A stretch of 64,000 bases of DNA, from assembly GCA_004431415.1 (NCBI GenBank), contig QPMI01000542.1, forward strand, positions 372,001 to 436,000, in the 5' to 3' direction. The stretch is from Cyanophora paradoxa CCMP329. Lineage: Eukaryota > Plantae > Glaucophyta. The notes beneath the pieces were generated by a model. It was given only the letters and a program-made list of their open reading frames with translations, was not told the DNA's origin and did not search any database. Positions 49,224-61,646 of the stretch are shown piece by piece; the stretch's first letter is position 1, and every line of letters starts with the position of its first letter. Both the position numbers and the translations under genes were made by a program.

Positions 49224-50933
49224 CCGCAGAACACGAAACCGACGAATTTGAAGGCGGGCGCGCAAGCCATCGATATCGCGAAGCCAGCGCGTCCCGCTCC
49301 ATACGGAAGCAGGATAATCGCGAAGGTGTAGAGGCTGAGAAGAGCAGACTGAAAACGAAGCCCATGAGTGCATATTTATATATAATTAATTCACACATGG
49401 ATCCGGAGAGTTCGGATTGTAATTACTCACGGCGCAGTGTCGGATTCCGCTGCAGACGTCGCGGCGCAGCTCCCCAACAAGCACGCATGCAGACACAGAC
49501 CGTGGCTTTGCAAATTTCGCACTCCTCGCGGCCCGTCGTGTCCATCCAAGTTTGAAAGCATTGCTGTACACGCGTACGCATGCGTTGCGCATGCCTGCAT
49601 TAGCTTCGGCATCGATCATCGTTTCGCGCAACACAGCGGGGTTCACCTCGTGAACAAAGGACAAGCTGCCGATGCACTTGCAGGGCTGCAGAAGCTCGCG
49701 TAGGTCGTCTTCGATGGGTCCGCCCCGACAGATGCGGCAGACTCGATCGTCCACGTGCACGTGCCCGCGAGCGCTGTCCAAACGTCGCTCGGACTCGAGC
49801 TCCCGCGACCGCGAGCTCGTCGCGTGCTGCGAGGTGATTTGCGAGGCGATCCGTGGCTGCGCAGATGCCGCTGCCAATTGCAATTGCAAGGCGGGGCTCG
49901 ATTTCGCAGCATGCATATGCGGCGAATCTACGGTCGGGATCAAATTCTCGATTGCACCGGCCGGCGAAAGTGCTGCAGCCGCGCTTGCGGCCGGTGCTGT
50001 AGAATGCAGGGGACAAGCTGCAGATGAAAGCACGGCACACGCCGGCGCCGCGGCCGGCGTGGCGTGCACCGGAGCCGGCTTTTCCAGCTGCGCGAACGCG
50101 TGAAGCTCAAGAGCAGCTGCAGAAGTGGATTTCGCGGGCTGCAGCTGTGCGAGCTCCGCAGCCTCCGCTCCAGCTGGGGCCTGGACCGCCGCTGCCGGTA
50201 ACTGCAGCGCAGAATAAATTTTGAAGCCAGGGGCCGGTGAAGACAGAATGCCATCCGAATTCGCCGCTGCAACCGGAGCTCTCGAGCTCGGGAGAGGCGC
50301 AAATCCGTCTGCAAACGTTTAACACGAGGAGCAATCAGAGCTCGAGCGGGAAAGAGAAATTTGAAATTCGCGGCCGCCGGCGCGAAATTAAATCATTCGA
50401 ATTCCGCACCACGCAGGCCCAGGTTCCGCTCCACGCTAGCAGCGGCGGTGCACGTGCGTGCGCGCTTGCAATTGCGAGACGCTCTCGCGGATTTCGCGGG
50501 CTGGCCACTCAGGCCATCGCCGCCCGCTGCAAGGTACGGTTCTCCTTTTCGTCGCTCCCGCCATCAAAATCGAGCTCCTCCGCAGCGTCGAGCTGACGCT
50601 TGCGGCTCCGGCCCTCCATCGACACGCGACTGCCCGCTTTCTCACAGTTAATATTGTGTATCCCTGGCCTCGGGCCCGGCCGGCGAGCTCGAGAAGAAAT
50701 TAAAGTTGCAACAGGCCGGGGAGAGGGGAGGCGGAACGTGGAGGGGGGCAGCGAGGGGGAGGGGGAGTGCGCATGCATGCATTCATGCGAATGGAGCTCG
50801 AGAATGATTATCACCAATTTGCAAGTTTACGGTCATTTGAACGATCGAACTTCGATCATGCAATGCAAGCGCCTGTATATATACTCTAGATCTATAGCTA
50901 GCTGTAGGATCTGATCATGTTCATGACCCGTCT

Positions 50934-51619
50934 ACGATACGGCTGGCAACGCTCGCAGGAAGCGCGCGGATCCGGAGCCCCGGCAGCGGGAACGCTGCAG
51001 GGAGTGCGGTGCCCTCGAGTCCCGCCACCAAGGCGGGGAAACCCTAGCCCTCTCACACCTGAGCTGCCCGCCAGACGACTACGGCTGGGTCCGGGCTTCA
51101 GCGGCCATGCAAGTATACGACCATACGAACAGGTATGCTTGGGGCGTGGGCACACAGAGGGCGCGCCCGCGCTAGAGGGAGACACTGGGGGATTGCGGTC
51201 TGGGGCGGGGCCGGAGGACGCAACACCAACAAATGGAGGCGGCGGAGGCGACGGCAGGAGGCGGCCAGTAGCCCAATCTACTGGGGCTGGCGAGGAGCCT
51301 GGCACACGGCGCGGCGAGGCCCTTGGGCAGCGCTGGCGGCGGACATACCATGATTGGGAGTCTTTTGTAGAGATAGGACCTCGTAGCCGGGAGTTTAGGT
51401 TGGTTTAGAAATCGATACAGCTAGCTTCCACATCATTAGTATTAGTTAGAAACCTCCTTAGCTAGATATCTAGACACGAAACCTTCAAACCTTTCGTTCA
51501 TTTTGTACTTTCTAAAGCACAGCATACGACGGTCCTCGATAGTATCTAGTCGGAGAGATTTATTGGGCGATGTGAAACTCATTGTAGTTGTGTTGTGTGC
51601 TAATGCAAGAGATTTTAAA
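50934..51619 (+). mobile_element. Probable degenerate 5'-truncated insertion bounded by an 18-bp direct repeat
   Basis: catgttcatgacccgtct occurs at 50916-50933 and 51620-51637. The interior has a weak CRECG..ETL..HL.CP zinc-finger-like remnant and an AT-rich 3' part. There is no clear poly(A). Confidence 0.45.
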
Positions 51620-51639
51620 CATGTTCATGACCCGTCTGC

Positions 51640-52765
51640 AGCTAGGGCTCATGATCAGCGGCTGGATCTGCCGCGGGGCACGAGCTGCCAGGCTGGTGCC
51701 CATGCCATGGCCAGCTGCAGTTGCCCACCATATCATAGTATATATGCATGGCTATCGATATCCCGCCCACTCAATGATTCCGATGGACATTAATATTTAC
51801 CTAGCTGATCAATCGATCGCGACCTATCAATTTTATCTCACTGATCGTCTCGGCCCTTTCGCGTACACGAACGCAACATATCACTGATCATGAGTCAACA
51901 ACACTGAAAGAGAACATAAGAGGCAAATTGGGAGACAAGGCGACCCGGACGTGGCGGCCAAATAGGAAACGAGGATAGAGGGGGTGAGGATCATGAACAA
52001 AAAGATTCCAACCACGAGGCAGATCGCGGGAGAAAAGCGCGGAACGATCCCGAGAAGGTGCACCGCAGTGCAGAAGGCGAGAAGCGCCCCGCGCTGGCGG
52101 GCGGAGGCTGGCGGGAGTTGGCCCAGCTCGCGCCCAATGAGGAAGGCCACTTGAAGGGCGCCGATCGCCCCGAAGGCGGCCCACGGGTGGGGCCCGGGCC
52201 CGCCCCCACCCAAAAGGCGCGGGAGGGCTGCCGCGAGAACGGACGCCGCAACGGCCGCGGATGCGGAGAACGCGGTACGGGGGCGAGAATATAGGTCCAG
52301 CCGAGCACACGCACGGCGCGTGGCGCGGCAGGCAATGTCCTGCAGGTACCCGCTTCCCACGAAGACGGCGAGGCAAGACAAGGCCTGCGAGATTCGCTCA
52401 TAATCAAATACGTGCACGTACTCAAATAATCAAGACTCGGTCCGGCGTTTAAGCTAGTGCTTCTATTTGTATTCACTTGCAATTGGGGCGCGCGCACGTA
52501 AGGAAGGCCTTGAAGATGGAGTACCCAGAGGAAGCTGAGGGCGATCCCCAAGGCTTGCTTCCGCGGGATGCATATGGCGAACGCCGGTACAGACTCCAGC
52601 TCCGGCTCCGGATCCTTAGGGGCCAGCGTCGCCGCCGCCGCTGCCGCTGCCGCTCCGGATGCACAGCGTTCCGCAAGCAGCGCCGGTCTCGCCCGGGTCC
52701 TCTGCTGCTGCTGCGCGCGCACGTGACATCATTTAAAAATCATGACCATGTTCCGCCGGGCGCAT
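51640..52765 (-). CDS. Hypothetical multi-pass membrane protein (boundaries uncertain)
   Basis: Hydrophobic exon-like segments ALGIALSFLWVLHL, ALSCLAVFVGSG, WAAFGAIGALQVAFLIG and AICLVVGIFLFMILTPSILVSYLAA. Confidence 0.4.
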
Positions 52766-52817
52766 AGATTCAAGTCTAGTCTCAGACGATTATCGTTATC
52801 AAAAATGAGGCCCGAAG

Positions 52818-54627
52818 TCAACGGACCCGTGCAGCGTCGAACAGAGCGTACGCGTCGTACACGTCACTGTTCATCATCACGTCGACGGGTTCGGTCTCCC
52901 CCTGGCCTTCCAGCGTGCCCTCGACAGTGACGCTTGCAAGGTCTGAGCGGTATACATCGATACCGGTGCAGCAAACAGCGTAAGCAGGCGCGAGATCGCG
53001 CTCGAAAATCGCGTATGGTGCGTCAGGAGCCCTCACCGATGCTCGAGGCGGCGAGGCGACGGAGAAGGTCCGCGTACCCCGGCCAGGCCCACGAGATCCG
53101 CAGCTGCGCGCGCCGCAGGTGCGCCATGCGCTGCAGGAATTCGACAACGTCACCTGCGGAAATAAATCAACATTTGGCTGTGCTTGCGGTTAAGTCGTAA
53201 TGAGCATGAGGAAAAACTTAGAATGCACTCCAATAAAATGATGATGAAAGGAAGTCTAAATGTCTACTGGCGGGCCGCGCCGGCGGACCTCCGCTGCACT
53301 GCAGGCCCTCGGCAACGATATCGACGGCGCGGATGCAGATAGTGCGGGCAGATTCTGCGAGCCCCGTTCCTGGTCGAGTTAACGTTTAGATTGTGAGAAT
53401 AAGAGGCCGGCATCGATATCGCGATCGCTCAAGCTCACGCACTGGCCAAGGCATCGAGAACGCGAGGCGTGATGCGACAGTCCAACATACTGAAACTGTT
53501 ATTCGTCGAAAACGTCAGCGATGTTCTATTAATATAACTAGGGTCGGAGATCAAGACGAGTGCGGCGCACCAAGATGTTCCCGCGAAGGCCGGTGTGGCG
53601 CCGGCGCCGGCGCCGGCGCCGGCATCGGGCCATTCTTCGGGCAGAGCGCATGAGACGAAGCATACAGAACTTGCGGATCGAGAGATGGCGACGACAGCTC
53701 TTGCGATCGACTGATCTTGAGCCAGATTCGCATCGACCACGTGCAGATCCCCCGTCGAGATGCCCGCCGCCGCCAGGGCCTCGAGAGCCGGCGCTGCGCT
53801 GCCAAGCAAACGCATCTTCGACACGAATGTGAGCGCGGGCGCGGCCGCCGAGACGGAAGGCCAGGACGAGGGCGAGTCCAACTGCAAGCTGACGTCGGCG
53901 CGCCGAAGGCGGTGGTGTGTTCCGCCCAACGCGGAAATGAAAACCGCCGGTTGAATTGATATCGCTTCGCGCCCGCCATCGCGCCGAAAGTGGACCGCGA
54001 GCTCTCGCAGCTGGGGGACGGAGCGTGCCAGCTGCAGCCGGGCGCTCTCGAGGGCGACGCCGCTCTCGAGGGTGAGCTCGAGTCGGCGAAGCGAGGGTGC
54101 CGCCGCCGAGAGAGCCACGCCGAGCTCAAGCTCGAGATCATCGCCGGCGCCGGCGTAGCGGTCGATACCTAGCTGCAGCTGCGCTCGAGCCCATCGCCCG
54201 ACCGCGGATCCATATCCGGCCGCGCGGACGTGCTCGAGCTCGAGACGGACGTGCAGCTTTTCGATCGCTCGGAAGCGCTCCCTCGTCAGAAGCGTGCGAA
54301 GAGCAGCCGTCGATAGAACGTGAGACGGAGCGCGGGCCGCCGTCGCCGGGCCGCCGAGTTCGACGCTGCGAACATGCGCAATTGCAAGCATAAGTACTAG
54401 TGCGCGGGGGGAAAGATGCATAAGCCGCCGGAGAAGCTTTAAGGCCCGACTCCGGAGCGACGCACGGTCACGCACCTGACCGAGCATTCCGGATTCGACA
54501 TGGGATCCTCGGCCGCGGCGCGGAGGTGGCGACAGGCGAGCGAAGCGGCGAGGCGGTCTCGCTGGTTGACCTGGGACAGAATCTTGCACATGAGCGCGCT
54601 GGGGAGGCAAAAGATGCCGCTCTCCAT
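52818..54627 (-). CDS. F-box protein with a degenerate LRR-like C-terminal region
   Basis: F-box pattern MESGIFCLPSALMCKILSQVNQRDRLAASLACRHLRAAA. After an intron come LxxLxL-type segments (IEKLHVRL, SLRRLELTL, QLRELAVHF, RLRRADVSL). The last exon ends DAARVR-TGA at 52818. Confidence 0.75.
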
Positions 54628-54870
54628 GTTGAGTCCGCCGCGCCGCCCGCGCAGTCAGAGCGGCGGTCAGGCCGCGGCTCGCGGTACGCCGGTCGGAGGG
54701 GGGGGTGGGGGACGGGGGGTACGCGTGTTGCCAGCTGCCGCCGACGCCGCTGGCTGTAGCTAGCGCCGCAAGGCACGGCTAGAGATGACAACCACATATC
54801 TGGGAGCAGCTTTGCACACAGATAGGCGCTAGCTCTGTGAAGCAGGGGCGCGTTTGGCGCGCGGGCCACG
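54628..54870. promoter_or_regulatory. Probable compact bidirectional promoter
   Basis: 243 bp separate divergent ATGs at 54627 (-) and 54871 (+). Confidence 0.45.
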
Positions 54871-57800
54871 ATGAGCGGGCAGGCTCCTCAGGCGGCCAGC
54901 AGGCGCCCCTCGGGTGCCACGGAGCTCACCATTGGCGGCGGGGGCGGCAAGGATGCGGCGCCTCCAACGCCTGCGGCCGCCGCGGCCGCGCTCCGGGAGC
55001 TGCTGGATCTCAAGGCGAAGTACGCGGAGCTGCAGCAGAAGGCGAGCCATCTCCCACCCCACAGCGCACTGCTCCCGCCCCGCCCCGTCCTGACGCGCGG
55101 ACCGCCCGCCCGCAGTACGCGAACCAGTCCGTCGCCGTCTCGTCCATGGAGAGCGAGCTGCGCGAGCTGCGGCGCAGCCTGGCCAAAGGGCCCTCGGAGG
55201 CCGAGCTCGTGCGCCGCTGCCGCCGCCGGCCCCGCCGCCGCCCCGCGCCCCTGCGGATCGCCGCCCGCTGAAGCGCGCTCTGCCGCGCCGCGCGTCGGCA
55301 GCCGACCGTGCGGGGCGGGGAGGAGGACGGGGCGGCCGAGGGCGAGGGCGAGACGGAGACCGAGCGGCTCTCCCGCGAGCTCGAGGCGGAGCGGTTCCAG
55401 GCCAAGAGCCGGTCGCTGGAGCTGCAGGCGGCGCACGAGAGCATCGACAAGCTGCAGGAGGCCGTGGAGCAGAAGCAGCAGATGAACAGCAAGCTCAACA
55501 AGGACCTGGGGCAGGCGCAGGCCCGCATCCGCGAGCTGGAGGAGCAGGGGCGCCTCCTCGGGGCCGAGATCGAGAAGAAGGACACCATCCTGCGTCCGCC
55601 CAGCACCGCCCCGCCCAGCCCCGCCCCTCTCCTCCTTAGCCTTGCGCCTCGCCGCTTAACCGTCTCCTCCCGCCCCGCTCCTCTACGCCTCGCCGCGCTC
55701 GCTTAGCCTTGCGCAGGGGAGCTGGGCACCGACGTCTCGAAGCTGGTCGAGCAGCGCGACGAGCTGGAGAACTGCAAGACGGCCCTCGCGCGCACCCGGC
55801 AGCAGGTGCCGGCGGGCGGGCGGGGCGGGGCCGGAATGGATAGATGGACACCATTTCTCCGCTCCTCAGCTGAGCCCGCGGCCGCTCCTCAGCTGATCGC
55901 GGTGGCGAACGACGGGAACCGGCGCGTCTCGGAGCTGCAGAACTCCCTGCAGGCCCTGAACGAGGCGAGCGAGCCCGTGGACCGGGACCCGGGCTCGGGT
56001 CCGCCGGGCGCCCCTTTCGCCCGCCGCTGAGCGGGCGCCCGCCCCGCAGTTCGTCAGCGAGCTCAAGCGCGAGTACGGCGAGTACATGGAGAGGTACGCG
56101 TACCCCCTCCCCCGGGCCGCTGCGCCGGTACCCCCCCCCCACGACGCGCGCGCAGCTCGAAGCGCGAGCGGGAGGCGCGGGAGCAGCGCGCCCAGCTCGA
56201 GGTCGAGCGGGTGCGCACCCGTACCCCCTCCGCTTCATTCCCCCCCGCCCGCTTTGACGTACCCCCCCTCCCCCGCAGGTGCAGAAGGAGTTGGAGGCGA
56301 CGCGGGCGGCGGCCTTCACGGAGAAGCGCCAGCTCCTCGCAGAGCAGCAGGAGGTCCTCTGCGCCATGCAGGCGCGCGCACCCGTGCCCCCCGCCCCCGT
56401 CCAGGAGCGTACCCCCTGAGGACAATCGTGTACCCCCCGCAGGCCCAGTTCGACGAGTACCGGACCACGGCGGAGTTCCTGTTCAACACCGAGGGCGCCA
56501 AGATGGAAGACAGGTGCCGTACCCCCTCCCCCGGATCCCGGAGGAGGGGTACCGAGGGACTGCGTTCGCGCAGGCTGAACACGCTCATGCTGAAGTACGA
56601 CGCCGAGATCAAATTCATCATCCGCTCGAAGGTGCCGTACCCCTCCGACGACCCCTCTTCGCCCTCCCTTCTTTTCGATCGAGCGTACCCCCCGCAGGAC
56701 GCCCAGTACGACGCAATGCTGATGGCCAAGGACGCGAAGGCCCGTACCCCAAACCGCGCCTCCCTGTACCCCCGTCCCGCCCCGCGAGCCCCACCCTGAT
56801 CCACCCGGCGTACGCAGATCATGAACCTGATCGAGGGTACGGATTACCAGGCTCAGCTCATCCGCCACGAGCTCGAGATGGAGCAGCTCCGCAAGGCGCG
56901 TACCCGCCCTCTTCGGGCCGCGACTCCCCCCCTCACAAGCCGCGTACCCCTTGCAGGCCCACGCGAACGACCTCGAGAAGACGCGCGGCCAGGCGCGCCC
57001 CTCCCCTCTCCTTCCCCCCCTCCCCTCCTGAACCGCGTACCCCAGATGGAGCAGCAGCAGCAGCGGGCGACGGCGGCCCTGCAGCGCGAGCTCCAGTCCG
57101 CCCAGGCTCGCCCCCCCCCCCCCCCCCCCCCCAACCCCACCCCACCCCACCCGCTGTACCCGCGCTGACGTCCCCCCCCCCCCCCTCAGGCCTCGCTGGA
57201 CCGGATGAAGGACGTGCGGTCCGAGTTCGAGAAGCGCGTCCTCGAGACGCACGCCGTGCGCCCCACCACCCCTCGCCCTCAGCCGCCTACTCCCTCCCTC
57301 CCTCCGCCGCCTACCCGCCCTCCCTCCCTCCGCCGCCACCCGGCCCCGCCCGGGCAGAGTCTTAACTCCACCGCCACACCTAAGCCACCTTAGGCTATCT
57401 CTCCGCGCCCCGGCCCCGCCACCCGGCCCCGCCCGGGCAGAGTCTTAACTCCACCGCCACACCTAAGCCACCTTAGGCTATCTCTCCGCGCCCCGGCCCC
57501 GCCACCCGGCCCCGCCCGGGCAGAGTCTTAACTCTACCGCCACACCTAAGCCACCGTAGGCTATCTCTCCGCGCCCCGGCCCCGCCACCCGGCCCCGCCC
57601 GGGCAGAGTCTTAACTCTACCGCCACACCTGAGCCACCTTAGGCTATCTCTCCGCGCCCCGGCCCCGCCGCCCGGCCCCGCCCGGGCAGAGTCTTAACTC
57701 TACCGCCACACCTGAGCCACCTTAGGCTATCTCTCCGCGCCCCGGCCCCGCCGCCCGGCCCCGCCCGGGCAGAGTCTTAACTCTACCGCCACACCTGAGC

Positions 57801-60800
57801 CACCGTAGGCTATCTCTCCGCGCCCCGGCCCCGCCACCCGGCCCCGCCACCCCGCCTGGAACGGCCCCGCCCTCCCTTTCTCCCTCCCTCGCCCTCAGCC
57901 GCCTACTCCCCGCCGCCGCCTCCTCTAAACGCCCGGGAGAGCCCTTCCATTTGAGGCCGCCCGATCGCCCTCCCCCGCCCGTCCCTCCGTCGTTTGGGCC
58001 TCCCCCGCCGCCTCCCCTCTTCCCTCCCTTCAGCCGCCTTCTTCCCACCGCCGCCTCTTTTTTCTTTGGGGCGATCCCGCCGGCCCCGGTCGCGCCTTCT
58101 CTGAAGGCTCTGAAGAGGCTTTCGCCTCTCCCTCCCTGACGCCCCCCCTCCCTCCCTCCCCCTCCCTCCCCACCCCTCGCAGGCGCTGGACAAGCAGGTG
58201 AAGGAGGCGGCGCGGCGGGAGGAGCAGCTGGGCGAGCAGATCCGCCGCCAGCAGAAGCAACTCGAGGCCCAGGTCAGATCGGCGGCAGCGGCGCTCCAGG
58301 GTGGGGCGGGGCCGGGAGTCCATCCTACCCTAGCCTGGCCTGTCTCCGAGGGGGAATGCGCCGCCCCGCGCAGTCGCGCGCTGAGCCTCGCCCGCGCCGC
58401 TCCGGCGGACCGGGAGGGGGGGGGGGACTCTATCCCATCCCATCCTAGCCTGGCCTGGCCTAGCCTATCTCCCCCCGGAGGGAAGAAGCGCCGCGCAGGC
58501 CGAGCCCCGAGCCCCGCCCCGCCCATCTAGGCCCGCCTCGCGCCCCGCCCCTCTAGGCCCGCCCCGCGCCCCGCCCCGCGCTGAGCCTCGCCAGCGCCGC
58601 ATCCCATCCTAGCCCAGCCTATCTCCGTGGGGGGAACCGCGCCCGGCAGAGTCAGCTGAGCGCTGAGGCTCGCCCCCCCGCCCCCCCGCCCCCTGCAGGC
58701 GAAGGAGCTGGAGGAGAGCGTGCAGCAGCGCGAGCACCTCCGCCACGCCATCCTCCGCCTCAAGGTCGAGGTGCCAGCCTGTACCCCTACCCCCCTGCCC
58801 CTCTCCCCCCCTTGGCTTGCTGGGCGCCTCCCCTCCCTCCCTCCCTCCGCCGCTCCGGCCTGATCGCCCTGGCCCCCTGCCCTCCCCTCCCCTCCCTGTC
58901 CTGTTCCCTCCCGCTCCGGTCTGATCGGGGCCCGCCCCGGGCGCCCCCCGCAGTTCCGGGGTGAGGTGACGGGTACGACCGAGTCCCTCGTCAAGCGCCT
59001 CGCCCACGTGCGCGCCCCGGGGGGTACCGGGGGCGCGGGGGGGAGGCCGGGGGGCGCGGGACATCCCCCCTCTCCCTCCCTCCCTCGCCTCTGAGCCGCG
59101 ATCCCTCTCTTCCATCCCCTCAGGAGACGGCGGTGCTCTCGATGAAGCACGAGGAGGCGGCCGCCGCGCTGGTCCGTGAGAGGGGGGGGTACAAGAGGGG
59201 AAAAGGGGGGAAAGGAAGGGGGACTTGCACGATAAAATGCGGATGGATAGCTTACTTACGCATTCCAAGGAGGAGCGATAGAGAGGGTCTTCGAAGTGCT
59301 AACACAATAGAAGGTCTATCTTTAGTTTAGTTCGCTTGCCTGCTTAAGAGTAGAGAACCCCCGGACCTTCTTCTCCTTCGTGCTCTGCGCCCTCTCACCC
59401 ACCGGGGGGCAGGAGGCGCGGCGGGGGGCGCGGGAGGCGCGGCAGGAGGCGGCGGTGGCGCGGCACGAGGCGGAGAAGCGCGACGCCCAGCTCGCCGCCC
59501 TCGTGCGCGGCCCTCCCCTCTCTGGCTTCTCCCGGCTTTTGCTAGCTTTTTTTTTATTTCATAGTTTTCCCTGCACCCTTATTCCTTTGCTACCCTCTTA
59601 CCGTCTCCTATCCATCTTCGGGAGTGCATCCGCGCGCCCCGCCCCGCCCCCCCCAAGCCCTCCGACCCCCCCCCCCCCCCCCCCCCCGGACCTGACGCGC
59701 TCCGGGGCCGGGCCCCTCAGATGGCGACCTTCGAGCAGTTCCTCCGCCGCCGCGCCCGCGACCTCGTCGCCAAGGTCGGCCCCGTACCCCCCCTTGGATT
59801 CCTCCCCCCCTTGTTCGTTCACCGAGCGGCTCGCAGGTCGTCGGCGACGGCCCGGCGAGGGCGCCGCCCGCGCGGCCGCTCTCCGTCCGCACGCACGCCG
59901 ACTTCGGTGAGTCCGCGGCTCGAATCCCCGGCCGGCCCCTTTCCTTTCCGAGAACGAAGCGGTCGCCTCCAGACGACGACGAGGAGAGTACCCCCCAGCT
60001 CCTCGACCGCCTCACTCGCCTCCTGGGTACCGTCGACCGGTGCAATCTGCTCCGCGTACCCCTTCGCGGCCGCCGCGGTGGCTTCCGCCGAGCTAAGCCG
60101 GGCCCGCCGGCGCAGGGATGCCCCCCTCGCCCCGGGGCAGCCCGTGCCGCCCCCCGGCCGCCCCCACACCGCCGGCCCCTCCTCCTCCCCCTCCGCCCCG
60201 TGCGTCGCGCCCCTGTAACCCCCCCCGACGACGCGCCCGCTGGCGTTGATGCAACCCCTCGCAGCCGCCCCGGACGCTCGCTCCGCGAGGTCACCCTACC
60301 CCCCGAACCCCAGGCCTCCCCCCTTCCCCCCGGCCTTCCCGGATCGCCAGCCAAGCGCCGCTCCCGCGTGGTCAAGGCCCGCGTACCCCCCTCGCTCGGC
60401 GCGCAGCCGGTGCGGCGGAGCCCCCACCTCATCCTCCCTCCTAGGAGCCCCGCTCGAACCTCCGCAGGCCGTGGAGGCTGCGACTGTCGCGGAGCTCGAG
60501 AGGGGCGCTGCGTTCCTCGCGCGCTTCAAGGTGCGTGGGGGGGGGGGGGGGGGTACTCCCGGCTCCCGGCGGACCCCCTCCCCCAGATGCTCTCCGGAGC
60601 CTTCGCGGGGGGCCAGCTCAAGCCCCAGGTACCCCTTGCCCCTTCCCCTCCCTCGGCTCGCTCTCAGGTGGCCTCAGACGAACGCTCTCCCGGCCGACCG
60701 GACGGACGTCCGGCCGCTGGCGCTGGAGCGGTCGCTGGGCTCCCAGGCGAGCGATCCCCTCCCCCTCCCCCCTCCCTCTCCCCGCCCCCCCTTCCTCACA

Positions 60801-61646
60801 CCGCGCGCAGGCAGGTCCCGTGCCCGCCTACGACGCCGTGCGAGGCGCCAACGCCGCGACGGTGCCCTCCCTCAGCCGCGGCCTCTACTTCAGGTGGCCG
60901 CTCCCGTCCGCCCGAGCGGGCCCTCGGACTCCGGCTCATGTGAGGCGCTCGGATCTGACCCGCCCCGCCCCGTGCGCCGAGCGCAGCGCGGGGCCGGTGC
61001 ACGAGGCCTCGGCGACGCTATACGCGCCCGGGAAAAAACCGAAGGCAAGCGAGACAGCGAGCCAGCGAGCCCAGCGCACCGATGCCGCCGTCCCTATGCA
61101 TAAGCATAAGCCGTCCCGCCTTGCTGAGTCGCGCCCTCCCCGCAGGGCGCCTCCGTATCCGCCTCCCCGCCCCGCCGGTCGCCGCAGGAGCCCGTACCCC
61201 TCTCCGCGACAGTCGGCTCTTCCATGCGAGCGGTCTCCCTGAAGGCTCAGGTGAGCGTTCGCCTGGGCGCGCCCGGGCTCCGTTCGGGGGCGAGCCCAAA
61301 CCCGAGGGGCCGGTACCCGGCCGGCCACCTGCAGGCGGAGAAGGCGCGGGAGCAGGGTTACTGGGCGGTAAATTTAAACCGCTTCAGCCGCTCGTCGAGC
61401 AGCGCCTCTTCGTACTACGGCGGCGGCGGAGGAGGAGGCGGAGGAGGAGGAGGAGGGGGCGGCGGTAGCCCCTCGCCGCCGCGCAGCGGCGCCCTGGATG
61501 GCTTGTCGGGCCCGGCGCCGGCGCCGGCGCCGGCGCCCGCGGTGGCCTCCGGAGGCTTTGCGGCCCTGGTCGACGGGGCGCCCCTGCCGGAGCTGCTTCC
61601 CGGATCGTCGTCGTCATTTTCGTGGGGGGCCCCGGGGCCCCCGTAG
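54871..61646 (+). CDS. Multi-exon long coiled-coil hypothetical protein with a Pro/Ser-rich C-terminal part
   Basis: In-frame spliced exons give LRELLDLKAKYAELQQK, RLSRELEAERFQAKSRSLELQAAHESIDKLQEAVEQKQQMNSKLNKDL and MQ|AQFDEYRTTAEFLFNTEGAKMEDR|LNTLMLKYDAEIKFIIRSK|DAQYDAMLMAKDAK|IMNLIEGTDYQAQLIRHELEMEQLRK. The last exon ends GAPGPP-TAG at 61646. Confidence 0.75.
57335..57850 (+). repeat. Intronic minisatellite, six copies of an 83-bp unit
   Basis: cttaact recurs at 57361, 57444, 57527, 57610, 57693 and 57776. Units differ by only a few substitutions. Confidence 0.95.

Larger units (their letters stand above)
40905..50619 (-). pseudogene. Doa10/MARCH6/SUD1-like RING-CH (RINGv) multi-pass ERAD E3 ubiquitin ligase, interrupted in two coding exons by retroelements
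   Basis: RINGv domain DRVCRICRGG..LLQPCKCIGSLSFVHE|QCFQTWMDTTGREECEICKAT at 49500-49750. Many hydrophobic exons lie between 42325 and 44790. The reconstructed last exon reads VRDWVRDAGRRAREQLFGPGSDGGRRLLNRSN with the stop at 40905-40907, carrying the G-x-R-L-x-N C-terminal element of Doa10/MARCH6. The start codon is tentative. Confidence 0.75.

Noticed and set aside
51037-51047. Telomeric or telo-box motif aaaccctag
   Set aside because: It is a single copy inside a probable insertion, with no array.
57335-57850. CRISPR-like array of hairpin-containing repeats
   Set aside because: The units are contiguous and near-identical with no unique spacers, lie in a spliceosomal intron, and no cas genes are present. 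It is a minisatellite.
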